A DNA stretch of 63,562 bases, filler included, from Stramenopiles sp. TOSAG23-6 (Eukaryota): NCBI GenBank assembly GCA_900128565.1. It is 6 parts of 6 records of this genome, joined end to end, with 100 filler letters (N's around TTAATTAATTAA, not from the genome) between each part and the next. Parts side by side here need not be neighbours in the genome. Positions count along the whole stretch, not along the records: positions 21,320 to 31,812 come from LT636306.1; positions 31,913 to 42,398 come from LT636307.1; 4 more parts are not named here. The stretch is one strand, 5' to 3'. Position 1 is the first letter of the stretch. The number at the start of each line of letters is the position of its first letter. A program made the translations under genes and the position numbers. The notes beneath the pieces are model-generated. The model searched no databases. It was not told the origin of the DNA and saw only the letters and a list, made by a program, of their open reading frames with translations. This document shows, one piece after another, positions 26,406-38,946 of the stretch.

Positions 26406-26951
26406 ATGGGTGATAGTAAAGAAGTCGAGGATTTCCTTGTTCGTCTTAAACGAGTTAGAAATGACCTCAGTGAAGCGTCAAGTAGTTGCCAACTTGTGTT
26501 TAAGAAATTAGAAATTAAAAAACAAGAACTTGAAAAGTCTAAAGAAACACATGATGACGCTCTTCGATTAGAGCACAAGTTAAAGGGTGAGTTTATAAAA
26601 GAAAGGATAAAACTAGAAGACCAAACTGCGGAACTAAATGAGAGTACACTTCGTCTCGCCGAATTACGTAAACATCGTCAGAAAATTTCAAAGCAACAAA
26701 GGACGTTGGACCAGGAGTTAGCGAATACAAAAATCGTGTATTCGAAAACGAAGAAAGAAGCTCAACGTTGGCGAGAGAAAGCCAAAGAATATAGCATAAA
26801 ATTGGAAAAAGTGAATAATGAAAGACTTGAACACAGAAGTAAAGCAGCTAAACAAAAGGATATTTGTGATGAGTTGCTCTCTGAGTTAGGTCAAGTCAAA
26901 TCTGAAGTTCTTCAAGCAAGACGAGCTTTACAAACAGAACTGATTCATTAA
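26406..26951 (+). CDS. Coiled-coil hypothetical protein
   Basis: ATG 26406 (MGDSKE); heptad-rich E/K/L/R sequence. Confidence 0.7.
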   Translation: MGDSKEVEDFLVRLKRVRNDLSEASSSCQLVFKKLEIKKQELEKSKETHDDALRLEHKLKGEFIKERIKLEDQTAELNESTLRLAELRKHRQKISKQQRTLDQELANTKIVYSKTKKEAQRWREKAKEYSIKLEKVNNERLEHRSKAAKQKDICDELLSELGQVKSEVLQARRALQTELIH

Positions 26952-26967
26952 TTCAAAGATGTACATT

Positions 26968-27187
26968 CGATATACTGATGCTTCATAAGAAGGAGAATAC
27001 AATAATAGTATATGTAAACAATGAAGCAAAACATTTAATGTCTAAAATTTTTTTTTTACAACTTTATATTTTTTTCAATTTTCAATTTTTTTTCATACAA
27101 ATTTGAACAATGTAAAGTCGATATACTGATGCCCAATAAGAAGAATAATACAATAGTAGTAAATGTAAACAATGAAGCAAATATTTT
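26968..27187. repeat. Imperfect ~65-bp direct repeat downstream of a gene
   Basis: TCGATATACTGATGC...ATAAGAAG...ATGTAAACAATGAAGCAAA at ~26968 and ~27118. Confidence 0.7.
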
Positions 27188-27385
27188 TTAAAATTATTTT
27201 TTTTTTTTTTTTAATTTTTTTTTATTTTTTTAAAATTTTTTTTGTTCCCTTGAAATTTCAAATTAAGAAATTCATTTACCTACAAATATGAACAAATTGA
27301 AAATTAGGGTCAGATTTACAAATCACTCCTTTGCCATACTACCAATCCAAGAAATAGATGTAATACACCTACAAAGAATATTTTT

Positions 27386-28684
27386 TTAAAATCGCGTGGA
27401 AGATTTTCTTTTGCATATTCTATACAAGCCTATATTTTGTAAACATATTTCAAAAAAAAAAAAATTGTTCATTTTTTTGTTTTTTTTAATTTTTTTGTTA
27501 GGTACAAAAATTTCATAGTAAAAAAAAAGTAAAAAAAAAAAAAAAAAATGAAACCCTAACCCTAATGAAAATGATGGGATTTGACATACATGAGTAAAAC
27601 TTCTCCGACTATCTTCGTACCATTTTCTGTATATAATTTTAGAATTATCCTGAGATTTATTTGAAGAACTAAAACCATTTTTTGTAGTATTTTCTTGTTC
27701 TATCATTTCAAATTCCATTCCAAATTGGAATTCTTTTGCGAGTGTTTCGTGTTTTTTATTATGAACGAGCAGGTTTGTTATTTGTGCTTTTATATGAGAC
27801 CCAAAAAAATCACTAACTAACATTTTTGATGTTTTTCGTTCTAATTTATGCAATACAATTCTTATTTTTGATTTTAGTGGTGCATTATTCATATATCTCA
27901 AATAATCTTGCATTGTCGCATTAGTTTTTTTCTTGCTTTTTTCAAAAAATTGTATAGTGTGATAAGAATATTCGTCAATGACACTAACACCAAGCTCAAC
28001 ATCCATGTGATGCCCCCATGAATTTTTACCTTTTCTACTGGAGCCCACACCGACAATATTTGGTGATTTCAAATCTGTAAACAATGTTCCAGCTTGACAC
28101 GTATCTACTATAAACGTCACTTCATTATAACGATTTTTACTGTACATTTCGGCCAATGCGTCGCCAATGTCACTTGCGTGTAACTCTTCAAAGTCTTGAA
28201 ATTTAAGGAAAGTATCTCCGCCATGACCGGACATATATATCAGAATATTGCTGTTTGCATCTGTTTGTAGACGCTTTGAAACGGGTACACTATCATCTTG
28301 GCGTCCTGTTAATACTTGAAGGAAGTTTCTAACAGTAACTTCAGTTCCACGGAAGTCAACTTCAACATCCTCACCATACAAGTTGAGATATTGGGTCTTA
28401 TCATTAAAGACTGTACCAGGTTTTACATTCCGAGGATTACATGGCATATCATCTGCCAACATCAAAATAATTTGACTATCTGGAATACCACGTTCTTTCA
28501 CAATGTGATACATGGAAAGAGTGTTTGCAATGTGACGATAATTATACCACCATTTTGACGTACCTACAAGAACAGCCCAATTATTATTTACCTCGGCTGC
28601 ATAAGAATGGACCAAACACAAAGTGCATAATACCAAGCGTACCATTGTTAAAAAAGATGAATGAACAAGTAGTTTTTGTACCAT
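27386..28684 (-). CDS. GPI8: GPI-anchor transamidase catalytic subunit (peptidase C13); C-terminal exon structure uncertain
   Basis: NNWAVLVGTSKWWYNYRH.AN.LSMY..VK..GIPDSQIILMLADDMPCNPRN; catalytic SGHGG and IVDTCQA. A family intron lies at ~27430-27560. Confidence 0.9.
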   Translation of the reverse strand: MVQKLLVHSSFLTMVRLVLCTLCLVHSYAAEVNNNWAVLVGTSKWWYNYRHIANTLSMYHIVKERGIPDSQIILMLADDMPCNPRNVKPGTVFNDKTQYLNLYGEDVEVDFRGTEVTVRNFLQVLTGRQDDSVPVSKRLQTDANSNILIYMSGHGGDTFLKFQDFEELHASDIGDALAEMYSKNRYNEVTFIVDTCQAGTLFTDLKSPNIVGVGSSRKGKNSWGHHMDVELGVSVIDEYSYHTIQFFEKSKKKTNATMQDYLRYMNNAPLKSKIRIVLHKLERKTSKMLVSDFFGSHIKAQITNLLVHNKKHETLAKEFQFGMEFEMIEQENTTKNGFSSSNKSQDNSKIIYRKWYEDSRRSFTHVCQIPSFSLGLGFHFFFFFLLFFYYEIFVPNKKIKKNKKMNNFFFFEICLQNIGLYRICKRKSSTRF

Positions 28685-28954
28685 GATACAGTCAAGAAAA
28701 TCAACTTGAAGAGAACGAGAATACAGACTACTACCCTTAAAGAGACTACGTAAGACAAAAATGAAAAAATGACTACTGATTTAGAATCTTGCGGCTTGAA
28801 TAAAACACGAAATCCAATATAACCTATAAGCGTTTTTTTTCTTCACAAAATAACGGCTAAAGCAAAAAAAAAATAAGTCGTATCCAACTTATTGAATCTA
28901 TTCTATCGATCTGTTGCCCGCAGCAATTGGTGTTAACATTTGGTGACAATCAAA

Positions 28955-30654
28955 ATGAGTGACTCTTGGCTTACAAACGATACAAAGAGTTCTGAAGGCA
29001 AGATCAGTGTTAATATGTCTTCACCTAAAAGAAATTTAGATATTTTTACAAATGATGAACAAAAGAAAAATGAGTTTTCAGAGAATCTTAATGGAACCTC
29101 ACCGTTGTACAAAAGCGGTGAAAGTACAGGCGTACTTTCCCCATCAAAAAGTAGAGATGATGTAAATGGGAAACCTGTTGAAAAGATCATACTAATCAAT
29201 AGCAGTAAAAAAGAACAATATACAGTAAAACAAGGTTTCAAAAAGTTTTTCAGAAAGATTCGTGCCATTAAAAAAGTCGAAGAGAATAAGACTTCCCTTT
29301 CTCCAGGAGTTTTTGATGATGTAAAAGTTGCTATTTTTGGTGCACCGCGACTTCCATTTACAGATCCTGAAATAGCTCTTTTAAAGAACTATCTGGAAGA
29401 CGGTGGGTCTCTTTTCTTCTTATTTCGTGAGAAAGGAACGTCTGCCTTGGGAGAAAACTTGAATAATTTTTTAGCCAATTACGGAATTTTCGTTAATCCT
29501 GACTCGGTATTACGTACAGTATATTATAAATACTTGCATCCAAAAGAAGTATTTGTATCGAATGGCGTTTTAGAAAAAAACTTTATCTCATATGTGAATA
29601 AGGAAGAAAATAGAATTAACAGTGGACTGAGCAATACAAAAGAACAACAATTGCAATCTGCTCATGGGGATACTCGAAATAAGTTTGGAGTATTTGACAC
29701 CAAAACGAATAAAGACTCTGAACTTGCCTTTGTCTATCCATACGGGTCAACATTAAATGTACAAAAGCCAGCCGTGCCTATTTTATCATCTGGTTATATG
29801 TACCTTAACCCTAAACATCATTTTTTTTTTTTTTTTGTAAATTTTTTTTTTTTTCAAATTTCAAATTTCAAATAGTTTTTTTTCAATTTCGAATTTAGTT
29901 TTTTTGTAGTAATAGTACATTTTATGCCTAACAAATTAAACAACAAATAAAATATGTCTTCACAATATATATCGTATCCACTAAACCGACCTATTGGAGC
30001 AGTATCTACATCTAAATCTGGAAAAGGTAGGCTTTGTGTTGTAGGATCGGCTGACATGTATGTTTTTTTTTTTTTTTTAACAAAAAAATCGAATTTTTTT
30101 TTCGTACGAAATTTTGTACCTAACATTTTTTTTTTTTAAATTAGAAAAAAAAATATTTTTCCAAAATACATGTTTTCTGATGATTTTTTGTTAAAAGAAA
30201 ATAATGCAGGTCTTGGTATGGTTTTAATGAAATGGCTCTTGGGCGATAAAAATATCATGTTAACTGAAGGTGGCCCTGAACCTGATATCAGTGAATATAA
30301 TAAACTTCCTGAAATTGAAGCATTATCAGAGAGGTTACGTCCATGTATGTTTTATTTTTTTTTTTTAACAAAAAAAAATTGAATTTATTTTTCGTACGAA
30401 ATTTCGTACCTAACAAATTTTCAAAAAATTTTTTCAAATATTTTTCCAAAATACATGCTTACAAGAATCGGAAAAACTTCCGAAAGATTTTACAAAATTA
30501 TTTGACACAAACCTGTTCAAGTTTCATACTGGACTCATTCCAGAAGCAGTGACGTTATATAAAAAACTTGGTATTAAAAAGGAACCATTATCATTAATAC
30601 CACCACAATTTGAATGTCCTATGCCGCCGTTACAACCAGCTGTGTTTCCTCCAT
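28955..30654 (+). CDS. IFT52: Intraflagellar transport protein 52, 3' truncated
   Basis: DSVLRTVYYKYLHPKEVFVSNGVL; FVYPYGSTLNVQKPAVPILSSGY-I-SYPLNRPI; GSAD-M-FSDD; LRP-C-LQES; PQFECPMPPLQPAVFPP. GT-AT introns 29800-29970, 30058-30171 and 30345-30456. Confidence 0.92.
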
Positions 30655-30756
30655 GTATGTTTTAAAAAAAAAAAATTGAAATTTTTTTTTCGTACGAAAA
30701 TTTGTACCTAACAATTTTTTTTTTTTTTTTTTTTGAAATATTTTTCCAAAATACAT

Positions 30757-31760
30757 GCCCTCCGTTCACCTGCGAGGTTTTCAAAGACACTTATAGCTTT
30801 AGAAAAGGCAGCTTCAGTCATGTTAGAAGAAATGGAAAATTCTGAAGAATATCTCACCAAAATGTCAAAAATGGAAGATAAAAAATGGTTGACTGATGTA
30901 TGTTTTTAGTTTTACTTTTTTGAAATGTAAAATGTAATTTTTTTTTTTTGGTTTTCATACGAAATTTTGTACCTAACGTATATTGTACAAAAAAAAATAT
31001 CTTTGTACAATACATGAAAGTGTGATTTATTTTGAACTGGAATATAGAAAAATTCCTGAAGGTCTCGATGCGGTTGAACTCATGGCAACAAAAACATACT
31101 TACGAGAATTAGTATTAATTATGATTTGTACATTTTCAAAATTAATTTTTTTTTTTTTTTTTTTTTTTCATAGAAAATTTTGTACCTAACAAAACAAATC
31201 AAAATTTTTACATATTTTTCATAATATTGATATTGATGGTGCATGGTTAGCAACACTTCGACCTTGTGAAAAAACACAACCTCTATTAGATACTGACTTT
31301 CCAGATTTAACTCATAGAGGTCGTGGGTTTCAGTTAAAATCTTTTGATTCTTCTGTATTTAATCAATTGAGTTTATGTACGTTTTCATCATTTAGAATTT
31401 CAATTTAAAAAAAAAAAAAAAAAAAATTTTTTGAAATTTTTTGAAATGTTTTGAAATTTTTTGAAATGTTTTGAAATATCTAATACATTTTTAAAATGTT
31501 TGAAATATTTTGTTCAAGTACATGGCAGGTTTTAAACGAAGGTATTGTTTATGATAAAGAAAAAGATCATGACTCATCTTTAGCAAAAGAAAAAGAAAAA
31601 CAACAAAAACAAGAAAAAAATCAAAAAAAAATAAATTCTAGAAGTGGAAGTAAATCTCCAAAATCTCCTAAAAGTTTTCATGAAATGCCACAAAAAAGTG
31701 ATTATGAAGGATATACACAAATATATGTAATTATGCGTGCCATTGGAAAAAGAGATGGTA
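30757..31760 (+). CDS. Internal exons of an unidentified protein, not IFT52
   Basis: Open exons (ALRSPARF...KWLTD-ESVIYFEL...) separated by family introns (e.g. 30898-31015). Phase is incompatible with the preceding IFT52 exon. Confidence 0.5.
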
Positions 31761-31812
31761 TGTTTTATATGAATTTCTAATTTAATTTTTTTTTCATACG
31801 AAATTTCGTACC

Positions 31813-31912
31813 NNNNNNNNNNNNNNNNNNNNNNNNNNNNNNNNNNNNNNNNNNNNTTAATTAATTAANNNNNNNNNNNNNNNNNNNNNNNNNNNNNNNN
31901 NNNNNNNNNNNN
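31813..31912. other. Artificial contig linker
   Basis: N-TTAATTAATTAA-N. Confidence 0.97.
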
Positions 31913-31970
31913 TTTTCATACGAAATTTCGTACCTAACGAATTTTTTTTTGAAATATTTTTTCACAACTT

Positions 31971-34157
31971 TTGCGTGTCTTGGAGTTAGTTCCTAACGAT
32001 GTTGCAGCAAAGAGAGAGCTAAAGTCAATCCGTAAATTATTGAGACCTTATAAGAAACAACCAAGAAATGAAAATGTTTCTGGAGGTATTGGAAATATAG
32101 GCGATATAGGCAATGCTATGAGTGGTATGGGCAATTTAATGGGTAATATGGATATGCAAAGTTTGATGATTGAAGAGTTAACAAAAGATGGTAAAATGAG
32201 TCCTCAAGAAGCCAAACAATTTCTTGCTGAAAACCCTATTGAACAATTAATGAGTGGAATGGGTGGAATGATGCCCCCACCACAAGTACCAACACACTCA
32301 ACTACTGGTGGATTATCAACATCTGGACCTCAAGAACCTCCAAGTATGGCACAAATGTTACTGGGTGGTTCAACAAATAAACCAAAAAAAAAACTTAAAC
32401 TGAAACAATTACTAAAACCCTTACATATCGCGGCACGTAAAGGAGATGTATGTTTTATTTTTTTTTCAATTCCGAATTTATTTTTTTATAGTAAATTTTG
32501 TACCTAACAAATTTAAGTTATTTTTTTTTGAAATATTTTTCCAAAATACATGTAGATACGGTTCGATCTCTATTACAAACTCATGGAAATGACGTCATTG
32601 TAGTGGACGGACCTGTTTTAAACGAAGAAGATGTCAGACAAGGAAAATCTACTGCTGTACAAGAAACGTATGAGGTTCGATATGTTGATGAATTAGATGG
32701 TCATTCAATGTCTGCACTTACCTGGGCTTGTAAGGCAAATAAAGCAAATGTAGTTGATGTTCTCATTGCCGCAGGTGCAAAAGTTCACCCCAAGGGAGAT
32801 GATTGCGCTGCTCCTTTAGCTTCTGCATGTTATAGTGGTTATACAGATATCGTTGAGAAATTACTTGTTGCTGGTGCTGATATATCAATTTGTGATCCAA
32901 TAATGGGACATGCAGCCATTCATCGAGCTGCTGATGGAAAAGATACTACTGTAATGAAAATATTATTAAATCATGTACGTCTTCATGATGAATTTCAAAT
33001 TTGATTTTTTTTTTTTTTTTTTTTTCATTCAAAAAATTCCGTACCTAACAATTTTTTTTTCAAAATTTTATTATTTTTTCACAATATATGCGAAAGAATT
33101 GAACGGTGGGGTTGCTGCAGAACTCAATAGATTAGATATGCGTGGTTTTTCTGCACTCACGATTGCGTGCGGTAAAGGTGATTTAGCCATGGTAAAATTA
33201 TTAGTTGAAACGTATGGTACATTATGTAAAACGAAAATTAATTACTCAGAAACTTCAATTGAACAAGCTATGTACGTTTTATTTTTTTTCAAATTCGATT
33301 TTTTTTTTTATAAAAATTTTGTACCTAACATGGTAAATTGGAAATAGTACAATATTTGTGTAACTCAAAAGAAAACATACCCAAAAATGGACCTCATTCA
33401 TATTTTGCAGCTCTTTGCAGTCAACACGATAATGCTCCTAAAATACTCGATTGTTTGCGAAAGACAGCAAATATTTTGAAATGTAATCCTGCATGTACGT
33501 TTTTCAAAATTGAATTTTTCGAATTTATTTTTATTTTCATAGGAAATTTTGTACCTAACGATTTTTTTTGGTTTACAAAAAAAAAAAAAAAAAAAAAAAA
33601 ATTTTTTTCATCATTGTCGACGAAAGAAACTGGAGTGACTTGTCTTCATCTTGCTGCAGAAACATCTAATGTACATGTAGCAAAACAACTTTTGAAAGAG
33701 TACAACGGAACAATGGCAGTGTTACAACAGGGTACGTTTTCCCATCATTTTTTTTTTTATCATTTTTTTTTTTTTTTAAATATGAAATTGAATAATTCTA
33801 AATCTAACAAAAAAAAAAAAAATTTTTGAAATATATTTTTCCAAAATAGTTGAAAAATCAAAACATAAAAAATCTCTGAAAGCTAAAGGTCAAACTCCTC
33901 TTCATTTATGCGCTATTGCTGAAAACACTTCGGATTCCGTTGACGTAGCTCGTTTACTCATAAAAAAAGGTGGTAAAACAATTCTCACAGTACAAGACGT
34001 TAATGGTGATACTGCATTGCATTTAGCTGGTCGTTGTGGGAATAAACCTGTTTGGGATTTTTTATTACGGAATAATGCAAGTCTAAAGTGTGTAAATGTA
34101 AATGGTGAAATGGCTGTATTTAAAGAGAAGAAACTTGATAAGTGTATTGTAATGTAA
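31971..34157 (+). CDS. Ankyrin-repeat protein with a probable TPR end, 5' partial
   Basis: PLHIAARKGD-VDTVRSLL, SALTWACKAN, PLASACYSGYTDIVEKLL, TCLHLAAETS, QTPLHLCA, DTALHLAGRCG. Five family introns (e.g. 32448-32551). Confidence 0.85.
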
Positions 34158-34279
34158 TGCAATTCTGAATAAAGTTATTTTGCGCGAAATCAAAATTTTT
34201 CACTTTTATTTTTTGTTCCCACACTTTCATCACTTTAACATAATACATTTATTCATTAGGGTTAGAGTTATACATTTAT

Positions 34280-35785
34280 TCATTTTACATCCGTACCAAA
34301 ATTCCAGTTGTACAGTAGATGAGCAGCACTTGATCCAGAAAAACAGCAACTATCAAAATTAGATCCTGAAAGTCCATCTCCAGCAATGACAAAAGGTGCA
34401 GTATTAGGGTTTATTTTTTCCACTTTTTCAGTTCTATCCTTTTCCACATTGATTACAATTGCACCACTATCAGCAAATGCACCGTGTCTTACTTGAGAGA
34501 ATGTCCATCGTAATGATTTGATTGCATGAGGAGTAAATTTATTCAATGATGTTTTGTGAAGAAATATTTTTTTTTTCTTTTTTTTTTTTTAGTACAAAAA
34601 ATTCGTTTTGTACAATTTTTTATACGAAAAAAAAAAAAAAATTTGAAATTCATAATGAAAACATACAAGGAAGTAACTTTTTACTTTCAGTAACTCGTCT
34701 CAATAATTCTCGAGCAACGATTTCATGATCGGAATCAGAAGACTTCATTTTTTGTATTGACCAAGGTACAGAACTATGCAATAAAATAGAAGGACCTGTT
34801 GGTGAAAAATATTTTTTTTGGATTTAAAAATAATTGTTAGGTACAAAATTTGTTACGAAATTATTTTTGAAATTCATCATGAAAACACACCTCTCCCAGC
34901 TAAAATAGATGTTTTTGCGGCTTCATTGACATCACCACCATTACGTTTCGCATTATCAATACTGATAAATACAAGAGCATCATCTTCTTCGTTATTAACA
35001 TACCGAACTGCCCAATTTGAATTGTTTTCACTATCAACAACTTCTCCATCATCACCACTACAAGTATCTTTTAAAACGCCATCCCAAACTTCTGGTCCAT
35101 AATGAACAGCGGCAACATATCGGGTTGAATATGATACGTTACTTAACTTGGTATATATATCAGGATTATCTTTTTGCAATAATGATGAAACAAAATCACA
35201 ACTAGGGTCAAGACCCGATGGGTGTAATCCAAGTAGCTGTGGTAGAGGCACAGTACTCACGACTGCATCAAAGTATGATTTGTTTAATTCTGAATCTGTC
35301 ACAAGCCATTGATTCTGGGAATAATCTATACGAGAAACACGCCTTGAAAAATGAACAGCCTTATCTTTAATAGCAGGTTGCAAAAAATAGTCGACAACGG
35401 AACACATGCCACTTGGGGCAACATAATGTTTCTGACCCTGTTCATGCCTATCTCCTTTAATTGATGTAGCTTCAAATGGAACTAATATACCATCAGAAAG
35501 AAGTTTATCCAATAATTCTGGATCAGACTTTGGTATTTTTGGAACTGATATATACTGTGCTCCAAGGTCAGCACTTGCTCCTCCATCATCAAACGTGGTA
35601 GACATTCTACCTCCAGGACCTCGTGCTTTATCCCACAATTGTATGCTCCACGAAGGACAGAGTTTTTGCAAGTGATGGAAGGTTGATGCCCCAGTAATTC
35701 CACAGCCTATGACAAGGACCGATTTAGTTGCATGTAAGCTTTTATTATTGCTACTCATTGCTCGCAAAGCAGTCTTTGAGAACAT
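34280..35785 (-). CDS. Renalase-like FAD-dependent oxidoreductase
   Basis: VLVIGCGITG...WDKARGPGGRMST...ADLGAQYIS; spliced GPSILLHSSVPW, RWTFSQV, IAGDG...SNFDSCCFSG. Introns 34796-34890 (GT-AG) and 34549-34666 (GT-AT). Confidence 0.88.
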
Positions 35786-36035
35786 GACACTTTATGAAGA
35801 GAAGCTCTAGTAAGTCAGTCGAAGAGAAATCTCTCCTGAAGTGAAATAAAAAAAGCTGTCAAAATAGTAAAATTTGACCAGGTAAATTAGGGTTGGGGTT
35901 ATCCATGACTGTGAGATAGATAGACATCTCATTATTATAAATATTCAATATACATTTTTCAATTTCAATTGGGTTCCTTTATAAAGTTAAAACTATTCAA
36001 AATTTCAAATAGTTCACTTTTTCTAAATATTTTTT

Positions 36036-37001
36036 TTAAGCTTTACACTGAAGTGATAACTCTTCAAGTATAATGGAGTCGACTTTAATTTCATCAGAAT
36101 CATCCAACTTTTTCAGAGCTGCTGCAGCAATTTGTTGAGCACACCGTCGAGCACCAATGATCTCAGTGTCAGATAGAGTAAGTATATACCGATATGGTGA
36201 CTTTACATAATCAACTGTTTGTCGTCTTCCCTCTAAAAGAACAGTCTTTCCAGCAGAACTCATCGTCTCCAAAGCCTTGGCAGTAAATGCCACAACTTCC
36301 CCTTGAATTTGTTTTGCCACCGTTGGAATATTCTTTGATACAGATCGTCCTTTGAGGAGGGTATTACAAACATTTCCTACTAATACATCGATACCAAGAC
36401 CGTTGATACGGATATCAAAAGTTTTCTTTTCACCAAATTGACCAAATTCGAGCATCGAGAAGAAGGACTCAATATTTCGTGCAGTCAATGCTAACGAAGG
36501 ATCAAAATCAGCGTTTTTATTATTTTGCTCAAACCAGGTACTTGCCAATAATGTTATACTTCGAAAAACATTTCCATTTGACCATGTAACGGCATCAGGT
36601 AATTGTTTGCGAAGCAGTGCAACAGTAGTGCCTTTTCCAGTACCCGACAGCCCGCACAGAACTACGACAGCTCCAGTACGAAGAGCTTCACCGGCATGTT
36701 TTGTAATAATGCTACACACATTCTCCGGAGTACGGCCTAGGACATCTATTTCAGTGTATGGTTCTATCTTTAGTTCTTCAGCACTGGGTAATGCACCACG
36801 TTTGATACCTATATTAATACCTGCAGCTAGCTTTTCATCGTCCTCTGAATCACGCTGGACGATGGCCGCGGTCGTTTCTCTACTTAAGCGCCGAAAGTCT
36901 TCTGATGCTTTGGAATTTTGTAGAAAATTAATTATAGCGCTAGTAGTGGATGCATCTTGGCGTTTGAGAAGTGATACAGATATTTCCCCTGAAGAACTCA
37001 T
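36036..37001 (-). CDS. Cytidylate kinase-like P-loop kinase
   Basis: VVLCGLSGTGKGT P-loop, SNGNVFRSITL and VLLEGR motifs resemble Cmk. Confidence 0.7.
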   Translation of the reverse strand: MSSSGEISVSLLKRQDASTTSAIINFLQNSKASEDFRRLSRETTAAIVQRDSEDDEKLAAGINIGIKRGALPSAEELKIEPYTEIDVLGRTPENVCSIITKHAGEALRTGAVVVLCGLSGTGKGTTVALLRKQLPDAVTWSNGNVFRSITLLASTWFEQNNKNADFDPSLALTARNIESFFSMLEFGQFGEKKTFDIRINGLGIDVLVGNVCNTLLKGRSVSKNIPTVAKQIQGEVVAFTAKALETMSSAGKTVLLEGRRQTVDYVKSPYRYILTLSDTEIIGARRCAQQIAAAALKKLDDSDEIKVDSIILEELSLQCKA

Positions 37002-37314
37002 TATATTCTCAGTCTTTTTTTTTNATANTTNCGAGTTTTTAGACTGAGAGCCTTTTTTTGTGACATCTGGAATTTATTGATTCGATACGGGTACCCGGTA
37101 ATCACTAAAAATGACTCATTGCATTATTTTTATGTTAGTTCTTATCATAAAAATCAAAACGAAAATGACACGACTGCGACTGGATAAAAATAGGTAACAC
37201 GTGTCAGTGGTGTCAGGCCGTTCTTGTGTCTTCGACTACTACAGACAGTAGGTACTATAGCCGAGAATAGTAGAGCATTTCGATATAATAGTAAACACCT
37301 CATATTCTCTAGCT

Positions 37315-38903
37315 ATGGCAAAACGCATGACTAATCTAGTAAACTTTTGTAAGAGACGTGGGTTTGTTTTTCCAGGGTCTTCCATTTATGGTGGCTTTGC
37401 GAATAGTTATGACTATGGCCCACTAGGTGCCCAATTGAGAAAGAACTTGCAGGATAAATGGTGGTCAGATTTCATAGTTCGTCGTCACGATTGCGTCGGT
37501 CTTGAATCATCAGTGATTATGAGTCCTCGTGTATGGGAAGCATCGGGTCATACAGAGGAGTTTACCGATCCTCTAGTTGAGTGCCTCACTTGTCATAAAA
37601 GGTTTCGTGGCGACCATCTCTTAGAAGAAGCACTTGACGAATTGAATATTCCCAACTCTCACGTTGAGGGTTTATCTCTAGACGATCTTCATACTGAAAT
37701 AACTTCGAATAATGTAAAATGCCCATCATCATGTGGTAAAGAGTCTGAATTATCAAAACCTAAATTATTTAACTTAATGTTTAAAACTGAAATCGGTGTC
37801 ACCGAAGACGCTTCGCGTGATGCATTTTTACGCCCGGAAACTGCCCAAGGTGCATATATTAATTATTATAATACTGTAGAGAGCATGCGACGCAAATTGC
37901 CATTTGGTGTGGGACAGATGGGTAAAAGTTTTCGTAATGAAGTGACACCAGGTAATTTCATTTTTCGTACTCGTGAGTTTGATCAATTAGAACTTCAATA
38001 TTTCTGTGAACCAGGTACCTCTTCCAATTTATTTAAGTATTGGGTAGATGAGTCGTACGATTGGCTTCTAAAACTTGGAATTAAATCAGATCATTTAAGA
38101 AAACGTGAACATGGGCCAAATGATATGGCTCATTATGCATTGCAAGCTATAGATATCGAGTATAAGTATCCATGGGGTTGGGGTGAACTTTGGGGTATTG
38201 TACGTTTTTCAAAATTGAATTTTTTACCTACTTTTTTTTTCATACGAAATTTTGTACCTAACATTTTTTTTAAATTTTTTTTAAATATTTTTTTACAATA
38301 CTTGCGAATCGTGGTAGTTTTGATTTAGGAAGACATATGGAAGCTTCGGGACAGGATATGCGATACATTCCTCCAGGCGTCGGTGGTAAAAAAGATGTGA
38401 ATGGTGTGATTCCACATGTTGTAGAGCCTGCACTTGGTTTGAATAGACTTTTATTAGCCATTCTTTTAGAAGGTTTGATGGATGAAGACATTCCGTCAAA
38501 ATATAAAAACAAGGATAGTAAACAGTCGAAGGGTTCCTCTCGAAGTGTAATGCGCATATCACCTTTAATATCCCCTTACACTATCGCTATTCTTCCAATA
38601 ACAAAAAAATCGCAGTTTGTGGAGAAGGCTAATGAAGTATATACAGTTCTGTCACAGAGTACACAAAATGTTCGGGCGGATATTGATTTTACAGGATCAA
38701 TAGGCAAACGTTACAGACGTCAAGATGAGATAGGCACGCCTATTTGTCTGACAATTGATCATCAAACAATGGACGATGGTACCGTAACTCTTCGTTCAAG
38801 AGATTCACTCGCACAGATGAGAGTCTCTTTGGAAGAATTGTCAAAAGATCCGACAGCTCTTTGCCAAACAGCTCTACTTTTACCTGCTGAGGAAAATTTG
38901 TAA
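37315..38903 (+). CDS. GARS: Glycyl-tRNA synthetase (homodimeric class II)
   Basis: CKRRGFVFP..IYGG..NSYDYGPLG, FNLMFKT, LRPETAQG, GKSFRNEVTPGNFIFRTREFDQLE, ELWGI-ANRGSFDL, PHVVEPALG, GSIGKRYRRQDEIGTP. One intron, 38200-38303. Confidence 0.95.
38200..38303 (+). other. Family intron with GT-TT ends
   Basis: ggt aTT|GTACG...ACAATAC TT|gcg aat cgt restores WGIANR. No AG is available at the required junction. Confidence 0.88.
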
Positions 38904-38946
38904 TAAAAAAATGTTTATAATTATTTAATTATTTCATATTAATCTA

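Noticed and set aside
28913-28927. X-box-like GTTGCCCGCAGCAAT upstream of IFT52
   Set aside because: Single imperfect match, with no evidence that this organism has RFX.
29800-30456. Alternative genetic code or frameshifting to explain broken ORFs
   Set aside because: Intronless genes translate normally with all three stops, and precise removal of the inserts restores the conserved motifs.
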